From Octopus sinensis (Eukaryota), in contig NW_021833166.1 of assembly GCF_006345805.1 (NCBI RefSeq), forward strand, positions 1-28,993: 28,993 nucleotides of DNA. Direction: 5' to 3'. The notes beneath the pieces were generated by a model that was not told where the DNA came from, ran no database searches, and was given only the letters and a program-made list of their open reading frames with translations. Positions 22,376-28,993 of the stretch are shown here, piece after piece. The translations under genes were made by a program, and so were the position numbers. Each line of letters starts with the position of its first letter. Within the stretch, counting starts at the first letter, position 1.

Positions 22376-22739
22376 CAATAGTTCCGTTTTAGTTCTGGGC
22401 ATGGTCTAAGGTAAACGAGAACGCAATGACCTCCAGCCTACAGCTCACACCGATTGGCTGTACATGGTATGAGTCCCCGTTCCGCACACATGCGCAAATA
22501 ACCTTGCTGTCTTGTGCAAGAGAAGAGATAGCAGAGAGAGAGAGAGGGGGGGAGCAAGACAAAGGTCGAGTGTGTAAACTTTACAGTAAAATCTTTAAAT
22601 TTTATCCGTCCTCGGTTTAAAGTTCCCATCTGGCCCTTGAGTACCTTCAACAAGGTCCACTCTGGTGCAACCATTCGGATCATTTTTTCGGTATAAGGAT
22701 GATCTTCGCTCGCTTTCCTACTAATGTCAGACGCTCTGT

Positions 22740-24108
22740 AAACGGTTTAGGGTTCTGTCAACCCCTTCTTTTCAGCAAAACATAAAAATAATTTTAAATC
22801 TGGGGCGGAACCCTTAAGAGATTTCGGGGTTTCCCCCTTCCTTCTATCAATGTTTATAGGCTCAATAAATGGGTTTTAAACGGTCTTGGGTTCTGTCAAC
22901 CCCTTCTTTTCAGCAAAACATAAAAATATTTTAAATCTGGGGCGGAACCCTTAAGAGATTTCGGGGTTTCCCCCTTCCTTCTATCAATGTTTATAGGCTC
23001 AATAAATGGTTTTAAACGGTCTTGGGTTCTGTCAACACCCTTCTTTTCAGCAAAACATAAAAATAATTTTAAATCTGGGGCGGAACCCTTAAGAGATTTC
23101 GGGGTTCCCCTTCCTTCTATCAATGTTTATAGGCTCAATAAATGGGTTTTAAACGGTTTAGGGTTCTGTCAACCCCTTCTTTTCAGCAAAACATAAAAAT
23201 AATTTTAAATCTGGGGCGGAACCTTAAGAGATTTCGGGGTTTCCCCCTTCCTTCTATCAATGTTTATAGGCTCAATAAATGGGTTTTAAACGGTCTTGGG
23301 TTCTGTCAACCCCTTCTTTTCAGCAAAACATAAAAATAATTTTAAATCTGGGGCGGAACCCTTAAGATTTCGGGGTTTCCCCCTTCCTTCTATCAATGTT
23401 TATATAGGCTCAATAAATGGGTTTTAAACGGTCTTGGTTCTGTCAACCCCTTCTTTTCAGCAAAACTAAAATAATTTTAAATCTGGGGCGGAACCCTTAA
23501 GAGATTTCGGGGGTCCCCCTTCCTTCTATCAATGTTTATAGGCTCAATAAATGGGTTTTAAACGGTCTTGGGTTCTGTCAACCCCTTCTTTTCAGCAAAA
23601 CATAAAAATAATTTTAAATCTGGGGCGGAACCCTTAAGAGATTTCGGGGTTTCCCCCTTCCTTCTATCAATGTTTATAGGCTCAATAAATGGGTTTTAAA
23701 CGGTCTTGGGTTCTGTCAACCCCTTCTTTTCAGCAAAACATAAAAATAATTTTAAATCTGGGGCGGAACCCTTAAGAGATTTCGGGGTTTCCCCCTTCCT
23801 TCTATCAATGTTTATAGGCTCAATAAATGGGTTTTAAACGGTCTTGGGTTCTGTCAACCCCTTCTTTTCAGCAAAACATAAAAATAATTTTAAATCTGAG
23901 GCGGAGCCCTTAAGAGATTTCGGGGTTTCCCCCTTCCTTCTATCAATGTTTATAGGCTCAATAAATGGGTTTTAAACGGTTTAGGGTTCTGTCAGCCTTT
24001 CGCTGTTCAGCAAGAGATTTGTTTTAGGCTAAAAATTGGTACGGAGCCTTTAAGAAGGTCCGATGTTTCTCCCTCCCTTTTATCAATGTCACAAGCTCAG
24101 TAGAAGGC
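22740..24108. repeat. 138-bp tandem repeat: 9 near-identical units + 1 diverged unit
   Basis: Units (aaacgg...) start at 22740, 22878, 23014, 23151, 23288, 23426, 23560, 23698, 23836 and 23974. Confidence 0.97.
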
Positions 24109-24244
24109 CTTGACTACTACTAACAGTTATCTCTCCTCTGCATCCTCCAAGGTAACGTTGGGTCACTGGAGATCTTCCCCTATCACATCCAGCCATGATT
24201 GTTACTGAATATCTCTCTTTGAGAGATTTAGAAATAATAATGTT

Positions 24245-24655
<411 letters not shown>

Positions 24656-24664
24656 CTTTCTTTT

Positions 24665-25069
24665 TCTTTTACTTGATTCAGTCATTTGACTGCGGCCATG
24701 CTGGAGCACCGCCTTTAGTCGAGCAAATCGACCCCCGGGACTTATTCTTTGTAAGCCCAGTACGAATTCTATCGGTCTCTTTTTGCCGAACCGCTAAGTG
24801 ACGGGGACGTAAACACACCAGCATCGGTTGTCAAGCAATGCTAGGGGGACAAACACAGACACACAAACATATACACACACATACATATATATACACATAT
24901 ATGTATACGATAGGCTTCTTTCAGTTTCCGTCTACCAAATCCACTCACAAGGCTTTGGTCAGCCCGTGGCTATAGCAGAAGACACTTGCCCAAGATGCCA
25001 CGCAGTGGGACTGAACCCGGAACCATGTGGTTGGTAAGCAAGCTACTTACCACACAGCCATTCCTGCGC

Positions 25070-25070
<1 letters not shown>
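24665..25070 (-). mobile_element. SINE-A, full length
   Basis: Head ggcgcaggaatggctgtgtggtaag at 25070 and tail at ~24665. Confidence 0.93.
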
Positions 25071-25121
<51 letters not shown>

Positions 25122-25733
25122 AAAATGACAAATATTGGATGCGTGTATAGACACAATTTCAAAATTTCCCCTAAATACCCACAGATGTAAACAAAACCTT
25201 TGTGAAAGGAAAAGGAAGCCTTACAAACACTGAAGAATGATAACACAATCATCCTAAAAGAACTCGACAAGGGGGGGGACAATTGTTATCATGGACAAAG
25301 ACTATTATAAAGATAAAATATTGGGAATGTTAACAAACCAAACAAGGAAGAACCAAGACACTCAGAAAAAACAATAATGAATAAAATCAGAAGACTAATC
25401 AATGAATTCCAAGATTCCTTCATTGACAAGGAAAAAGAGTATATATGCAACTCTCTAGTCAAAGAGTCCAATTTTTACGGATTACCTAAAATACAAAATG
25501 CCATAAATAAGCAGAAAAACAAATACGTAAAAATACTAAGACCTGCTGACCTCAAACTAAGGCCAATAGTTGCTGGACCTCAAGCACCAGCAAAACAGCT
25601 GTCATTTTCTAGATATACTCCCAAAACCTTTGTGGCCATAATTACGCAGCATAGATTTCATCCAACACATTGCCCCCACTGTTACAGAAGGAACTATACT
25701 GGCAAGTTTTGATATCACTAATCTCTATAGCAA

Positions 25734-25987
25734 GACAGTCAGTCACCGGCTGACACTCGCTGACGATACATCGAAGAGGCCAGGGAACAGAAGAAAGAAG
25801 AAGAAAGAAGACATGCACCCAACACCAGAGCTGAAGACACCTCTGAAAGGGGGGGGGGCGCCACATCAAAACGGTAGAGGAGTAGGGTCCGAAACCGGAC
25901 GTGGTTCCTCCTGATGATGTCTTGAGCTAACTGGATCCTATAAAGGAGCTGTTGTGGTAGCAGACCACGAAGCACGGTTGTAATTCC
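25734..25987 (+). other. 254-bp insertion in the PLE RT region containing hammerhead-like motifs
   Basis: Interrupts NLYS|N-I-PHTLGLEAI. It contains CTGACGA (25760), CTGAAGA (25831), CTGATGA (25911) and GAAAC (25891). Confidence 0.7.
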
Positions 25988-26440
25988 TACCTCACACTTT
26001 AGGCTTAGAAGCAATCAAACACTGGGTAGAAAAACATAGAGAACGGATAAATGAACGCTTCAAGACTGACTTTATCACCAAGGCCACACGCCTAGTACTA
26101 GAAGAAACATATCGGCAGCTAATGGCACGGCTATGGGCACGCGATTTGCACCCTCATATGCAAACTTAGTTATGGGATACTTAGGAGAAAAACTCTATGA
26201 GGAAGTAGAAAAAACTTTTGATCAGGAATACAAGAAATATATCATTAAAAAGTGGAAACGCTTCCTTGATGATTGCTTCATCTTTTGGAGAAAATCGATG
26301 AAGATCTAAATATATTTAACTATATGCTGAACACACTTCACCCTTCCATCAAATTCACAACGGAATCCAGTTGCAATGAACTACCATTCCTGGATATCCA
26401 CATAAAAATACTAAACTGCACAGTCACAACAGACATATTT

Positions 26441-26591
26441 TGTGTGGTAAGTAGCTTGCTAACCAGCCACATGGTTCCGGGTTCAGTTCCAGTGCGTGGC
26501 ATCTTGGGCAAGTGTCTTCTGCTATAGCCCCGGGCCGACCAATGCCTTGTGAGTGGATTTGGTAGACGGAAGCTGAAAGAAGCCTGTCGTA

Positions 26592-26650
<59 letters not shown>

Positions 26651-26880
26651 ATGTGTGTGTGTGTTGTGGTCTCTGTTTGTCCCCCTAGCATTGCTTGACA
26701 ACCGATGCTGGTGTGTTTATGTCCCCGTTACTTAGTCGGTTCGGCAAAAGAGCCCGATAGAATAAGTACTGGGCTTACAAAAAGAATAAGTCCCGGGGTC
26801 GAGTTGCTCGATTAAAGGCGGTGCTCCAGCATGGCCGCAGTCAAATGACTGAAACAAGTAAAAGAGTAGAGAGAAAGAGT
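26441..26880 (+). mobile_element. SINE-A inserted in the PLE
   Basis: Near-full copy between the TTDIF and TYQYLHF codons. No TSD is seen and a few PLE codons are lost. Confidence 0.93.
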
Positions 26881-28164
26881 ATACATACCAATATTTACAT
26901 TTTTACTCTTGCCATCCATCACACATCAAAAGAAGCATCTCATACAGCATGGCTAGACGCGTCTGTGCTATAGTAAGTGACCCTAAAACACGTGAAATCA
27001 GACTCAACGAACTCAAAGGCTTCCTTACTAAACAAAATACCCCTTAGACTTAATTAATGAAGGAATTAAAAAGGCGATGAAACTGAATATCACCCAACTA
27101 CGGACACCTGAGGAAAAAGTTAATGAAAACACGATTCCGTTAATTAACACACACAGTTCTGGAATAACCAACATCTTTTACACCATAAAATCCAACTTGC
27201 CTATACTCCTACAAAGCCCCAGAATGAAAACTCTGATTGAAAAAAAACACCTTACGAAATAGCAGATGCCAACTAAAAAATCTTAAAAAGCATCTCACAA
27301 GGGCAGAATTCAGATCAGAGAAGGAACCAGAATTCGTAGTAAAAGAATGTGGAAATAGGAGATGTGGAACGTGTAACAATGCCAACAACTTCAAGTATAT
27401 AGAAAGTGGTTCCCACATAAAGTTCGAGAACGGATCCATTTTTTTTTTTAAATGCAGATATGCATTACCTGTCCAAACTGTAAAGAAAATTACATAGGCG
27501 AAACGATTTACTCCCTCTGCCAACGTGCAATAATTCACAAGCAACATATCCGGCAAGAATAACTACGAAAGATTCCATTGAGTAAGCATCTAGAAATATG
27601 CGGAGACGGAAAGTTCGAAATCTTTCCATTTTACAAATGTACACGGGACGATCCGCAATACCGAAAGGCAATGGAACTACACTTCATAAAAAAATACTCT
27701 CCGAAATTAAATGTTTGAAAGAAATTAAATGAAAAAAGAAGAGCAAAGCGTACGTTTTGTATGTATGTATATGTATATATGTATGGGTATGATATATTTA
27801 GTTATTTTATTTTACTAATGTATTTTCATACAGAACTACACCTTACCAAAAATAAATAAATAAATGTATGACAGGAATATATTCTCAATATAACTCAAAG
27901 AATATGAAAGGAGAGGACTAAAACAGAAACGACATTTTTTAATTATTTTTTCTTTCTGTTTTCTTTTTCTTTTCTTTCTTTTCTTACCATCCCTAAAATC
28001 CATTTCAAAACAATGGTGGAAGCAGTAAACAAGTTTTTACTTTTATTTCTTTCTTTCTTTAATTTTTTTTTTTTGACAATCCTTAAAAAGACTATTTCAA
28101 TACTATGAAAAGTGGTGGATAGGAAAATGAATAGCCCTTCTCTCTCTCTCTTTTACTCTACCCA

Positions 28165-28181
28165 TGTTTCTATCTGTCTGA

Positions 28182-28260
<79 letters not shown>
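28165..28260. repeat. (TATC)n microsatellite
   Basis: Visible repeats. Confidence 0.95.
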
Positions 28261-28449
28261 CCATTGTCTTCAAAGCCTCACCCCATCAAAAAACAATGTT
28301 CTCTTCTAAAAATATCCCTCCAAAATATCTGTTTTATATATATAAGCAAGTTATCTGTATATTCACAGTCTTGTAATTGACAAGTTCGAAAAACGAACGA
28401 AAGCGCTAATATGAAAATGAAGATATAATAATAAAAAAGTTCTTTCCAA

Positions 28450-28451
<2 letters not shown>

Positions 28452-28521
<70 letters not shown>

Positions 28522-28772
28522 ATGTATGTATGTATGTATGTATGTATGTATGTATGTATGTATGTATGGATGTGTGTATATGTTTGTGTGTCTGTGTTTG
28601 TCCCCCCAACATCGCTAGACAACCGATGCTGGTGTGTTTACGTCGCCGTAACTTAGCGGTTCAGCAAAAGAGACCGATACAATAAGTACTAGACTTACAA
28701 GCAATAAGTCCAAAGAATAAAGGCGGTGCTCCAGCATGGCCACAGTTAAATGACTGACACAAGTAAAAGAGT
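28452..28772 (+). mobile_element. (TG)n(TATG)n tract + SINE-A 3' half
   Basis: tgtttgtccccccaacatcgctagacaaccgatgctgg...ccagcatggccacagttaaatgactgacacaagtaaaagag. Confidence 0.88.
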
Positions 28773-28993
28773 GATTAATTGCAAAGTGCCATTTTTTAAA
28801 ACTTCACAGCCAAGCATCTCTCATTGGCCACCTAAGATATCGTAGCATCCGGTTTGCCAATGTTCTTCTTGTGATCTTCCAAATTAAGATAACATTGAAA
28901 GAATTTCCTTACCAAAATTTTCCTCATTCTCTTTTGTGAATTCTTCGCTCATTTTTTACTTTCTTCATGTCTTTATATTTCTTCGTTTTCAAG

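Larger units (their letters stand above)
25121..27718 (+). mobile_element. Decayed Penelope-like element (RT + GIY-YIG endonuclease), 5'-truncated
   Basis: Frameshifted motifs: IILKELDKGGTIVIMDKDYY, FYGLPKI, LRPIVAG, LASFDITNLYS, GTAMGTRFAPSYANL (26124), WKRFLDDCF (FLDD 26262-26273), PFLDI, YLHFYSCHPSHIKRS, CGNRRCGTC, YIGET (27491) and ELHFIKKYSPKLNV* (stop 27716-27718). Confidence 0.95.

Noticed and set aside
21743-22409. Poly-His/Asp/Met ORFs, and Glu/Gly/Arg-rich ORFs at 20816-21723
   Set aside because: They are open in several frames because of the repeat, with no splice or homology support.
22740-24108. CRISPR-like appearance of the 138-bp array (and the 163-bp array)
   Set aside because: The units are contiguous with no unique spacers, there are no cas genes, and the context is eukaryotic.
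28774-28993. Possible coding remnant at the window edge (minus MSEEFTKENEENFGKEILSMLS*)
   Set aside because: It has stops, no recognised motif, and is truncated by the window.

Overview
This is eukaryotic, repeat-saturated non-coding DNA. The SINE families, an R4/Dong LINE in TAA tracts and very dense microsatellites point to an octopus or other coleoid cephalopod; this is an inference from recalled repeat families, with no database search. I found no intact host gene. Most ORFs in the track are translations of (TA/TG/TATC/CATA/AAT/CAT/GGA)n tracts, and the recognisable protein remnants are all transposon-derived. Main contents: (1) About 13 copies or fragments of a bipartite tRNA-derived SINE ('A'), several copies of a second SINE ('B', including a tandem trimer), a third ('C') and a short tRNA-like element. 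(2) A 2.24-kb composite Helitron (6143-8383, minus) that splits a SINE-A copy exactly at an A|T site and carries two 5' ends, a 163-bp tandem array and a PIF1-helicase remnant. (3) A decayed Penelope-like element (RT + GIY-YIG, ~25121-27718) interrupted by a SINE and by a 254-bp insert with hammerhead-like motifs. (4) Two 5'-truncated R4/Dong LINE ends in (TAA)n. (5) RTE and mariner remnants. (6) A 138-bp x ~10 satellite. The best leads are the composite Helitron, the hammerhead-like insert, the SINE-B trimer and the 138-bp array.
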